Shown piece after piece: positions 9,755-18,701 of a stretch of 64,000 bases of DNA. Origin of the DNA: Candidatus Woesebacteria bacterium. GTDB lineage: Bacteria > Patescibacteriota > Microgenomatia > UBA1400 > UBA12028. The position numbers were made by a program, and so were the translations under genes. How positions within the stretch are numbered: the stretch's first letter is position 1; every line of letters begins with the position of its first letter. The notes below the pieces were generated by a model. It saw only the letters and a program-made list of their open reading frames with translations, was not told the DNA's origin and did not search any database. The stretch spans positions 1,033-65,032 of the forward strand of contig JBDTWD010000004.1 in the NCBI GenBank assembly GCA_040006915.1, given 5' to 3'.

Positions 9755-10600
9755 CTAATGAGCCACGAGACCAATAAGTTTGGCCGCCTCCACAAATCCC
9801 CAAATCGCTAAAGCTACAAACGCAATGCTTCCTACAAAGGAAATAATTGGATTTTTGACGACTTGAATGGTTCGATTCGGCGAGAGGAACAAAAAGATAT
9901 TAAGAATCATATGTCCAATGAAGACTCCAATTGCAAAACCAAACACATTCACAATATTAAAAAGCGGAATGTAGCCAGCAAAGTCATCAAGACCGAGGAT
10001 GAAAGGAATAGAAAAAGCTAAGATAAAAAGCCCACGATATCCTTTTTCTCCATTATCCTGTATGGAAAGAGATGGAATCAGACGATTAAGTACCGGTGCC
10101 ACCGCTTTATTAATACTAGAAAGCGTTTTTTCCAAAAGGTGAGCTGTACCTCCAAAAGACAGTTTATATTTCCCCTCTTCATCTTTGACGTGTTCAAGTC
10201 CTTCTTCTGCGAGTCGAAGCAATACAAAAGCCGCAACAGTGATCATAATTGCCATTAAAAATCTCACTTCTCTAAAAATATCCCAGATAAACAGTATCGC
10301 TAATGTTCCTAATGCATTGCCTAAGGCTGTCCCAATCTCAATCATTATTCTATTTTTCCATCCTTGATATTTACTCATTAATCGTCCGATAAAGATGGCA
10401 AAATCAATCGACGTTTTCAAATAAATAGTAATCCCAACGAAGACATCAGCTAATCGGATATGAAGCTTGATAAGTTCTCGAGTAAAAGCAAAGAAATTCA
10501 AAGCTAAAATTTCTCCAAACAAGATAAAAATCGCTATGCCACATACCACAAAAGTGAGAACGAGAGGAACAAGTTGGTCTGGAAAAAAACGGGTCCGCAT
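9755..10600 (-). CDS. Membrane protein, CadD/LysE-superfamily transporter-like
   Basis: About 7 TM segments; paired acidic motifs TSIDFAIF and GLDDFAGYIPLF resemble the CadD motifs TNIDD and GGDNIGIYIPLF. Confidence 0.6.
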   Translation of the reverse strand: MRTRFFPDQLVPLVLTFVVCGIAIFILFGEILALNFFAFTRELIKLHIRLADVFVGITIYLKTSIDFAIFIGRLMSKYQGWKNRIMIEIGTALGNALGTLAILFIWDIFREVRFLMAIMITVAAFVLLRLAEEGLEHVKDEEGKYKLSFGGTAHLLEKTLSSINKAVAPVLNRLIPSLSIQDNGEKGYRGLFILAFSIPFILGLDDFAGYIPLFNIVNVFGFAIGVFIGHMILNIFLFLSPNRTIQVVKNPIISFVGSIAFVALAIWGFVEAAKLIGLVAH

Positions 10601-11079
10601 TATGAAGAGTCTCTGGTAGAAAAAGCAAAGGTAAGTCCAATTGCAATTGCATCAATTGTATCATCCAGTACCTCATCAGGGATATTTTTGATTTGCATTC
10701 GCACCATTTTTTCTACTCCTTTTTTGTCCGCTTGCCCATCTCCAGTGACAGCTGATTTTATCTGCGGAGGGGTATATTCATGAATATCGAGTACGTGTTG
10801 TTTGGCAGCCAGAAGAATTACTCCTCTCCCCTCCGCTACTCCGATTACTGTTTTTGCATTATTGGAGAAAAACAAAGATTCAATCGCAAGAACAGTTGGC
10901 GAGTACTGACCAATAACTACTGTTAACTGTTCATGAATGCTTTGTAATCTCTCTGCATTCGAAGCTTTTTTATCTGTAAGAATACAGTCACATGAGGTAA
11001 GAGAAATATTCCCTTTATGTTTGGAGAGAATTGCCCAACCTATTCTGTCATACCCAGGATCAACACCAAGAATTATCAT
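10600..11079 (-). CDS. ruvC: Crossover junction endodeoxyribonuclease RuvC
   Basis: ILGVDPG, AIESLFF, EYTPPQIK.AVTG.G.ADK, DDTIDAIAI; start moved to ATG 11079. Confidence 0.97.
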   Translation of the reverse strand: MIILGVDPGYDRIGWAILSKHKGNISLTSCDCILTDKKASNAERLQSIHEQLTVVIGQYSPTVLAIESLFFSNNAKTVIGVAEGRGVILLAAKQHVLDIHEYTPPQIKSAVTGDGQADKKGVEKMVRMQIKNIPDEVLDDTIDAIAIGLTFAFSTRDSS

Positions 11080-11089
11080 ACGATTTACT

Positions 11090-12235
11090 CTATTGTTTCT
11101 TGCCAAACTTATCTACAAGTATTGAGAGCATGTTGGTGGCACTTTCTTCCCAAGAAAATCGTTTAGCCCACTCAAGCATTTGAGAGCGTCGCAGAGCGTC
11201 TACATTCATTTCTAGAGCCTTGGTAAACCCACTGGCAATACTATCAACCGAATACGGATCAATTAAAATTCCATACTCTCCGACCACCTCTGGAAGGCTT
11301 GCGGTATTTGCAACGACCGGAACAACTCCAGCTTGTAGGCTCTCAATTGCAGGAATGCCAAATCCCTCATAGTAACCCACTAAGAAACTTGCAGCTGCGT
11401 GTTGAAGCAGTCCTTGTTTTTCATCGTCATCCACAAATCCAGTCAAAACGATATTTTCTTTCTGCGGACTGTTGAGAATAATTCGCTCGAATTCGTCAGT
11501 CAACCATCCGGCTTTCCCAACTAGAACAAGTTTGTAGATATTCCCCTTCTCGGGATTTACTTTCTCAAAGGCATGAATTGCTCCGACTATGTTTTTACGC
11601 GGTTGGATGGTTCCAATGGAAACGATATACCGACGGTTTTCAAGTTTAAACCGTTCTAAAATTTTTTGAGTGATCGGATCCATTGTTTCAAGGGCTTGAA
11701 CACTTTCAAGTCCAGGATAAGCAATTGATACTTCTGATTCTTGTTTCTTATACACCTCAAGAATATCTTTTTTGCTACTCTGTGAAATCGTAAAGATATG
11801 TTGTGCGTTTCTGGCGCTATATGCAGTCCAATTTTTGAGTTGATAGAGATCTTTTTTAAGAAAAAACTGTGGAAACTTCAGGAATGCTAAGTCTAAAATA
11901 CAGATGACAGTGGGAGAAGGACAAAATCTCGGTGAGTAATGTCCTAAAGATAAAAACACGTCATGATGTTTATTCTTTAGGTAGAGTTGTAAAGGTAATC
12001 GCCATTGAGACCATAGTTTCTTGGGAGGGCACACGACATAGGCAAAACCTGGACGTTCTTTCGGAAGATCAAAAAGTGGAATACTGGGAAGATAGACTGT
12101 CCATTCAATCGTTTTTCCTCTGGAAACTCGCTCAAGTTCAACCAGAAGCCGGAAGGCATATTGATTGCTCCCGACGCGTTTGGCTACGTTTGCTTCGTAT
12201 GCGTTCACTCCAATGGAAAGGGATTTTTGTTCCAT
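11090..12235 (-). CDS. Glycosyltransferase family 4 (MtfB/WbaZ-like)
   Basis: IGTIQPRKN, YEGFGIPAIE and SLPEV motifs; TACAAT 6 nt upstream of the ATG. Confidence 0.93.
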   Translation of the reverse strand: MEQKSLSIGVNAYEANVAKRVGSNQYAFRLLVELERVSRGKTIEWTVYLPSIPLFDLPKERPGFAYVVCPPKKLWSQWRLPLQLYLKNKHHDVFLSLGHYSPRFCPSPTVICILDLAFLKFPQFFLKKDLYQLKNWTAYSARNAQHIFTISQSSKKDILEVYKKQESEVSIAYPGLESVQALETMDPITQKILERFKLENRRYIVSIGTIQPRKNIVGAIHAFEKVNPEKGNIYKLVLVGKAGWLTDEFERIILNSPQKENIVLTGFVDDDEKQGLLQHAAASFLVGYYEGFGIPAIESLQAGVVPVVANTASLPEVVGEYGILIDPYSVDSIASGFTKALEMNVDALRRSQMLEWAKRFSWEESATNMLSILVDKFGKKQ

Positions 12236-12271
12236 GCCTTGATTGTACCTTAGCGCATGAAAAAAAGTTAC

Positions 12272-13396
12272 TCAAGCTCTTCCGTTTTTGGCTTTTCGGT
12301 AGACTTCAAGTGTCATCTCAGCACTTTTTTTCCAGCTAAAAGAGCCAAGACGTTCCTTCATTTTTTTTTGTTTTGCAGGGAGTTTTCCTTTTTCCAGCAT
12401 TTCGGTAATTCCTTGTTTGATTGAATCCACATCGCTCGGGTCTACCAGGAACGCAGCGTCGGCTGATACTTCCGACATTGATGAGGTGTTACTCGTCACA
12501 ACTGGGCAGCCATATTGAAAAGCTTCTAGGATAGGTAATCCAAATCCTTCATACAGTGATGGGAAAACCAGTCCACTAGAAGTGGCATACAAAGCAGCCA
12601 ACTCCGTCATTCCGACTCCTCCCAACTTCTTGATGCCCTGTTCAGGTTTCACTTGATCTAAGCCAGCAGAACCTACCAGGACCAAATCATAGTCTTTCTT
12701 AAAAGCTCTCCAACTTTCGATGATGCGGTCCAAGTTTTTGCGCGGCTCATTCACTCCAACCCAGAGCATATAAGGCCGCGTGAGTCCAAACTTCTTCAGC
12801 TCATGGGAAGCGATGAGAGTCTTCTTATCGAATACAATTTCTGACGGCACCGCTTCAGGGACGACGTGAATATGATCCTCAGGGAAAGAAAACAGTTCCA
12901 ATAAATCGCGTTTTGTCGTTTGACTGACTGCGATGACATGAGATTTGGTCTCAAGCAAACGTTTCAGTGCCAGGGTGTGTTTCTCTTTTGTCTGTGGATG
13001 GGCAATCATTTCAAATTTAAATAAAGCCAAGTCGTGAATCGTCGCGACAGTTGGGGTTTTATAGGTTGGAGGAATTAATTCTTCCCAAGCATGAAACACA
13101 TCGACTTTTTCCATCAAGCTCTCAATTGATAATCGCTTGGCTGAATACCACATGGTTTTTAAGAAAGACGGTGGAAAAGCTAAGACGGTAGGCTTACTCT
13201 TTACATGTGCTTCACTTGCTAAGTCGAGAGCCATGGTTTTTAGACTGCGGTTAGCGCGAAATGATGAACCGAACAGACGAAGTTCTGGTGGCTCAGATAA
13301 GTTTCCCAAAGCTCTGACAATATTACTGGTATACCGAGACACACCTCGGTTATACAAGATAGGGGTCACATCAAATCCGATTTTAAGAGGTGGCAT
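12272..13396 (-). CDS. Glycosyltransferase family 4 (MtfB-like)
   Basis: GVSRY, TIHDL, EPRKN and FPSLYEGFGLPILEA motifs; start moved to ATG 13396. Confidence 0.93.
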   Translation of the reverse strand: MPPLKIGFDVTPILYNRGVSRYTSNIVRALGNLSEPPELRLFGSSFRANRSLKTMALDLASEAHVKSKPTVLAFPPSFLKTMWYSAKRLSIESLMEKVDVFHAWEELIPPTYKTPTVATIHDLALFKFEMIAHPQTKEKHTLALKRLLETKSHVIAVSQTTKRDLLELFSFPEDHIHVVPEAVPSEIVFDKKTLIASHELKKFGLTRPYMLWVGVNEPRKNLDRIIESWRAFKKDYDLVLVGSAGLDQVKPEQGIKKLGGVGMTELAALYATSSGLVFPSLYEGFGLPILEAFQYGCPVVTSNTSSMSEVSADAAFLVDPSDVDSIKQGITEMLEKGKLPAKQKKMKERLGSFSWKKSAEMTLEVYRKAKNGRA

Positions 13397-13409
13397 AGTT
13401 TTTCTTATC

Positions 13410-14798
13410 TTACAGCTTTTTAAAAATTCGCACAAACCCAACTTGTTTCCCATCAATAAGCGCTATTTGCTCAAATCCCCGATCATTGAGAGTCGCCTGC
13501 AATTGATGAGCTGGATCGGTCAGATCAGTCAGGTAGTCAAATAGGTATACTATACTGACAGAATCAAGCTGAGAGGAAACTGAAGAAAGATCAGTAGCCT
13601 GATCAATTCGAATTTTTCCAGTCACGATTACTGGTATTTTTTTATCCTCATACCAAGTCCAAGGAGCAAACGGTTGTCGAAATGAGAAAAGCACCGCTGC
13701 ATTCTCGGGTGACTGCATTTCGATTTGGGATGTCACGACTCGCCAGTTTTCTCGTTGTATATTTTGGTCCGTGTAATACAGAAACAAAGAAACTCCCTGT
13801 AGCAAAAAGACCAATATGACGATCACTTTCCATAATTTCTTTCGCTCTAGACTGATGATTCCAAGCAATGCCGGTAATCCCAACATTACTCGTTTGGCCT
13901 GGATGATCGGAATGAAAAAAGAAACAATCCAAGATCCTAGAAGGGGAATAATCAACCAGTACCAGAACAGTTTAAGCTTCGGATTTCGAACTGATTGAAG
14001 ACAAAGCCAAGCAGTTAACAGCAGGATCATTGCGGTACTTAGAATAAAGAACGGATGCCCATGAAACGGAACTTGTCCGACAAAAAACTTTGCCAAGATT
14101 AAGGGTAAGGCTTTCAGTTGTGGTGTTGCCACGGCCAAGCTCCACCCTGGGAGAGATTGAGTCAAAGTGGTGCCAGCCTGTAGCTGTAATAAAAAAGTTG
14201 GTAACCAAGGGAGAAAGAGCAAAGCTACAATTGTTTGAGAAAACACTACAAATTTTATTTTTTTCCGTTGTTCAAACCAGATATATACAATCTGTGAGGC
14301 AATAAGAAAAGGATACAGATACATGGTATACATGCCCAACGTCGAAACCACTGTGTACCACGTCCATCTCCTCTTTTTGATCGTTTCAGACACTAAGATA
14401 TACCAGGAGAGTGTGGCAAAAAATGTCGCGAGCGCATACGGACGTAGTTCCTGACTGTAAAAAATGTGAAATGGTGAGGTCGCAAGCAGGAGTGAGCCGA
14501 TAATTGCGGTTTTCTTGCCAAATTTTTCCAGCAATAAACGATACAAAATCCAAATAGTAGCGATTCCTGCGATCATGCTTGGCATTCGAAGCCACCACTC
14601 TTGATGAGACACTAGAGAGAAGAAATGCACAATCAGATGAAATAACGGTGGTTGGAAGTCATCTACAATTTGTAACTGAGCAGAAAGCGGTCGAATTGAT
14701 TCCAAAGCTTGTGCTGCTTCATCAAGCCAAAAAGATCCTGAGAGCAGCGGCAGTCTCAAAAGAAAAGCTAGTACGAGAATAAAAAAGGATGTTATCAT
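13410..14798 (-). CDS. ArnT/PMT-like GT-C glycosyltransferase
   Basis: SFWLDEA, DFQPPLF, LRMPS and YSQELRPY motifs; multi-TM with a soluble C-terminal domain. Confidence 0.88.
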   Translation of the reverse strand: MITSFFILVLAFLLRLPLLSGSFWLDEAAQALESIRPLSAQLQIVDDFQPPLFHLIVHFFSLVSHQEWWLRMPSMIAGIATIWILYRLLLEKFGKKTAIIGSLLLATSPFHIFYSQELRPYALATFFATLSWYILVSETIKKRRWTWYTVVSTLGMYTMYLYPFLIASQIVYIWFEQRKKIKFVVFSQTIVALLFLPWLPTFLLQLQAGTTLTQSLPGWSLAVATPQLKALPLILAKFFVGQVPFHGHPFFILSTAMILLLTAWLCLQSVRNPKLKLFWYWLIIPLLGSWIVSFFIPIIQAKRVMLGLPALLGIISLERKKLWKVIVILVFLLQGVSLFLYYTDQNIQRENWRVVTSQIEMQSPENAAVLFSFRQPFAPWTWYEDKKIPVIVTGKIRIDQATDLSSVSSQLDSVSIVYLFDYLTDLTDPAHQLQATLNDRGFEQIALIDGKQVGFVRIFKKL

Positions 14799-14804
14799 CA
14801 GGCA

Positions 14805-15791
14805 ATGAATTCATTCTACCAAGGAAAAACTGTTCTGGTTACTGGTGCAGCGGGCTTTATAGGTTCGCATCTCACCGATGCACTGCTCTCTCGAGGAGCA
14901 ATTGTATATGGAGTGGATAATTTCATTACCGGAAACAAAAGAAACATTGTTCACTTAGCAGATAATGCAAATTTTCATTTTATCGAAGCTGATGTAACTG
15001 GCGCCCCTGAATCCTACCTTTCATCACTATCCTCTCCACTATCTTGCGTGTTCCACTTAGCTTCTCCTGCTTCTCCAAATGGATATCAAGCCCATCCTGT
15101 GGAAACATATCTAGTAAATAGTATAGGAACACATAACCTCCTACAGTTTTTGGTTGAGAAACATCAAGACGCACGTTTTCTCTATACCAGTACCTCTGAA
15201 AGCTATGGCGACCCGCTAGAACATCCGCAAAAAGAGACTTACTGGGGCAATGTAAATCCCAATGGGCCACGCAGTATGTACGATGAGGGCAAACGCTTAG
15301 GGGAAACGATTTGTGGAGTTCATGTACGCAGTTTCAATATTGATTGTCGAATCGCACGCATCTTTAATACGTACGGACCACGCATGGATATCAATGATGG
15401 CCGCGTTATTCCAGGATTTGTGAAATCACTCTTAGAGAACACTCCACTCCAAATTCACGGCGGTGGAACACAAACTCGATCATTCTGTTTTGTTTCTGAT
15501 CTTGTCTCGGGTCTTCTTAGCCTTATGGAAGTTGATAGCATTGCAGGAGAGACTATTAATCTTGGAAATCCTCACGAAATTACAATACTGACACTCGCTC
15601 AAAAATTGAGTGAAATTGCACACATTCCTTTGCAGACAACGAATACGCCATCGCGAGCTGATGATCCAAATCGACGATGTCCAGATATTACGAAAGCCAA
15701 AAATCTTTTGAGTTGGGAACCAAAAGTTGATTTGGAAACAGGTCTTACAGAAACGTTCGCTTTTTACTCCAAACCAGAAAAGAAACAATAA
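14805..15791 (+). CDS. UDP-glucuronate decarboxylase (UXS)-like extended SDR
   Basis: TGAAGFIGS, HLASPASP, STSESYGDP, YWGNVNP.GPRSMYDEGKR, RIFNTYGP, DGRVI. Confidence 0.92.
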   Translation: MNSFYQGKTVLVTGAAGFIGSHLTDALLSRGAIVYGVDNFITGNKRNIVHLADNANFHFIEADVTGAPESYLSSLSSPLSCVFHLASPASPNGYQAHPVETYLVNSIGTHNLLQFLVEKHQDARFLYTSTSESYGDPLEHPQKETYWGNVNPNGPRSMYDEGKRLGETICGVHVRSFNIDCRIARIFNTYGPRMDINDGRVIPGFVKSLLENTPLQIHGGGTQTRSFCFVSDLVSGLLSLMEVDSIAGETINLGNPHEITILTLAQKLSEIAHIPLQTTNTPSRADDPNRRCPDITKAKNLLSWEPKVDLETGLTETFAFYSKPEKKQ

Positions 15792-17979
15792 AGCCCAGAG
15801 TGGTAAGAGAAATTAGCATTCCTGTCTTCAAAGACTTTGGCCAGTACTGTACAGCAATATTATTACTTCCCTGTTCTAACCGGATTTTTCGCATTCCGTT
15901 TTGATTTTCGATATTGATTGGTTTTCCATTTACTATTGCTTCCCAGTTTGAATCAAAACGGTCAGCAATGAGAAGGTTTGAATCTGACTGTGCATTTTGA
16001 ATCTGAATTTTCTGAACATTTGGAGTCTCACTAATATTTTCTTTCGAAACCAGTGTCCCGTTGTCCAACCGGAATCGTGAGGTTTCAGGAAGTGCATAAA
16101 GTATTGCCGTATCTTTTTTGTCTAAGATCGGAAGATTGGGAGTTGGATGGGGAAACCAAGTATCAACTAAAAATCCTGAGACTCCCCACTCTTTTAACTT
16201 TGGATCATTTACATCAATCTCAGACAAGAAGTTGACGGCAGGATCAGAATTTTTGTTCCAATGCTCATTAACATCTTTGGGCACAAACGCCACATACCCA
16301 TTTAAGCTGTTCACGCCATAGACCATGTTCCAGTCAGGAGTATACATATCTTTGATACGCTTCAAATTGGTATAGGATCTCATTTCCTTTGCATCGATAT
16401 ACGAATCGGAGAATGGAGCTCGAACGCTTAAAGCCTCCCAATACGTAGCAAAATCCGTATATGGCTGGTTACTGTTATTAATCAATATTCGATTCGATGA
16501 GTGAGCTTGCTGTTGCTCAATTTCTGACCAAGTTGGATAAATGCTGTTTGGAGCAAAGAACAAAAGAGAAGAGGTTGAAAATTGCATTTCAATAACAAGG
16601 AGAATCAAAAGGAATTTTACATACTTTTTCTGGTACAGGAAAAGCCCAATTCCCAAAAATAATAAATGAATACATATAATTGTAACGATATGATCGAAAA
16701 TGATTTGATCTTTCGCTATAGTGTGAAACGTACTGGTACTCAGCTTCTGATGCAGTGCTCCGTCAGTGACTTTCCAAACTTCTGCAAAACGTCTATCTGC
16801 TCCAATTCGCAATGCAAGGAATGCGACGGCACATAACAATATTGCACCTATCCATTTTTTTGAGAGTGATACCGTGCGCACACGTGTAAGCAGGTCGGCA
16901 ATCCATATACTAGCTATCACATCAACAATCACTAAGGCTAGTTGCGGTCCTCGAGAAGCTTTAAACAAAGGAATGATTGCTTGGATGAGTTGAAAGAATG
17001 GAAAAATGCTCGCGAACGCATAGAGAATTGGGAGTACGCAAAGGCATAAGAAAAAAAGATCCTGTTTCGTTTGCTTCTTTTGTAGAAGCATTAATACAAA
17101 CAGAAAGATTCCAATCCAGGGAAGATATGGAACGGTGGTTCCTGATGCATTCCAGACTGGTCCCCATTTCATGCCTGATTGAGGATCGGCAAAAAAAGTA
17201 GGCAGTATAAATGAAAGCAAATCCGGTATGTGTAGTCCTCCAATGGAAGCTTGTGTTGTTGTTTGGAGCGTCCGGGTGGAGCTTTGCAAATTTTCTACAA
17301 AAGGAAGCAATGCAAATGCAGTCAAACCAATTGCCATACTCCCTATACAAATCCAGGACAGTGTCCAACTTTTCCAATTGGCTTTTTGAAAGGAAAGTAA
17401 CGCTGCCAGAGCTATCACATAGGGGATAAACTGAGGATATCCACCAAGAAGCATAAGAGCAGTCAGTACTGCTGTAATCATTATCCCAAACGGTTTCTTT
17501 CGAAAGGATATAGCACAATACAATACCCACGGAATCAGACTCACTGATTGAAGTACCGTAAGGTTATTCAAGCTGCCACTCACAGTGGCAGAAAACACCC
17601 ACACCGTTGCGGCGATCAAACCTCCCGACTGTGACGCTAAAAAACGACGAGCAAAAAAATACATTCCTGCAAACGTTAAAACACTATAAAAAAGGATTGT
17701 GAAGTTAAACGCTAACACTGGGGATAAAAACCAGAAAAAAAGTGTTGAAGCCGAAAAAAAAGATTGATTAATATCTCCAATCCAAGAGATGCCAGTAAGG
17801 AGGTACGGATTCCACAAAGGGAAAATTCTTTGTCGTAGCCAATAAGCACTAAAAATTTTACCGGGAATAAGGAGTGAGTAGTTATCGCCAAAGAAAAGTG
17901 TTTTCCCTAACAGAAAGGGATAAAAGCGTGCGGTAATTGCTAGAATGCAGATTAAAAATAGTGTGTTATATTTCTTCAT
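15745..17979 (-). CDS. YfhO-family GT-C-like membrane protein
   Basis: GDN and PLWNPY motifs, GGYPQ, LNGY, C-terminal W.A.VNG beta domain plus terminal TM; start moved to ATG 17979. Confidence 0.82.
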   Translation of the reverse strand: MKKYNTLFLICILAITARFYPFLLGKTLFFGDNYSLLIPGKIFSAYWLRQRIFPLWNPYLLTGISWIGDINQSFFSASTLFFWFLSPVLAFNFTILFYSVLTFAGMYFFARRFLASQSGGLIAATVWVFSATVSGSLNNLTVLQSVSLIPWVLYCAISFRKKPFGIMITAVLTALMLLGGYPQFIPYVIALAALLSFQKANWKSWTLSWICIGSMAIGLTAFALLPFVENLQSSTRTLQTTTQASIGGLHIPDLLSFILPTFFADPQSGMKWGPVWNASGTTVPYLPWIGIFLFVLMLLQKKQTKQDLFFLCLCVLPILYAFASIFPFFQLIQAIIPLFKASRGPQLALVIVDVIASIWIADLLTRVRTVSLSKKWIGAILLCAVAFLALRIGADRRFAEVWKVTDGALHQKLSTSTFHTIAKDQIIFDHIVTIICIHLLFLGIGLFLYQKKYVKFLLILLVIEMQFSTSSLLFFAPNSIYPTWSEIEQQQAHSSNRILINNSNQPYTDFATYWEALSVRAPFSDSYIDAKEMRSYTNLKRIKDMYTPDWNMVYGVNSLNGYVAFVPKDVNEHWNKNSDPAVNFLSEIDVNDPKLKEWGVSGFLVDTWFPHPTPNLPILDKKDTAILYALPETSRFRLDNGTLVSKENISETPNVQKIQIQNAQSDSNLLIADRFDSNWEAIVNGKPINIENQNGMRKIRLEQGSNNIAVQYWPKSLKTGMLISLTTLGFIVSFLVWSKKRTFL

Positions 17980-17984
17980 ACTGT

Positions 17985-18698
17985 ATGAAAGATAAAAAAC
18001 CAACTTCCATTTCTATTGTCATTCCCGTGTACAACGAGGAAAAAACTCTCCCGATATTAATCGATGCTGTCAAAAAGAGTAACACCTTTGGGTTGAAAAA
18101 AGAAATAGTAGTCATTGATGATAGGTCTTCCGATGGAACGCTTGAGGTGTTAAAAAAAATAAAAGGGATTGTTTTCTATACACATGAAAAAAATGCTGGT
18201 AAGGGAGCTTCCCTACGAACAGGGTTTGCCAAAGCGACAGGTGACATTATTTTGGTTCAGGATGCAGATTTGGAATATACTCCTGAGGATTTTCCTCGAA
18301 TCTTAGAACCGTTTTTTAAATATGATGCAGATGCGGTAATTGGAACCAGATTCCGTGGTGATGGGGCTAGACGCGTTATATACTTTACCCATGAAATTGC
18401 CAATCACGCCCTCACGTTCTATTCAAACTTACTCACTAACTTAAATTTGACAGACATGGAGTGTGGATATAAAGCCTTCAAAAAAGAAATTATTGATCAA
18501 ATTACCCCAAAACTTGTCAGTAATCGTTTTGGTATCGAACCAGAGTTAATCGCTCGACTAGCCCAAATAAAAGGAATCATCTTGTACGAGGTTGGAATCA
18601 GCTATCATGGCCGTACATATGAAGAAGGAAAGAAGATTGGGATTATGGATGGACTCAAGGCAATTTACGAAATTACGAAATTTAATCTTTTTAGCTAA
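17985..18698 (+). CDS. GT2 polyprenol-phosphate glycosyltransferase (DPM1-like)
   Basis: IPVYNEE, IDDRSSDGT, NAGKG, QDADLEY, TDMECGYK and RTYEEGKKI motifs; start moved to ATG 17985. Confidence 0.93.
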   Translation: MKDKKPTSISIVIPVYNEEKTLPILIDAVKKSNTFGLKKEIVVIDDRSSDGTLEVLKKIKGIVFYTHEKNAGKGASLRTGFAKATGDIILVQDADLEYTPEDFPRILEPFFKYDADAVIGTRFRGDGARRVIYFTHEIANHALTFYSNLLTNLNLTDMECGYKAFKKEIIDQITPKLVSNRFGIEPELIARLAQIKGIILYEVGISYHGRTYEEGKKIGIMDGLKAIYEITKFNLFS

Positions 18699-18701
18699 TC
18701 T

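Noticed and set aside
7452-11079. RuvABC as a dedicated glycan-locus shuffling machine
   Set aside because: These are housekeeping genes, and no long near-identical repeats or invertase were seen
12361-12369. T9 run, plus G7 at 40846-40852 and several A7-A8 runs, as phase-variation tracts
   Set aside because: All are short, in frame and expected in AT-rich Lys/Phe codons
16961-17530. 189-aa alternate-frame ORF and the many 60-140 aa antisense ORFs
   Set aside because: They are nested within well-supported genes and show no family motifs
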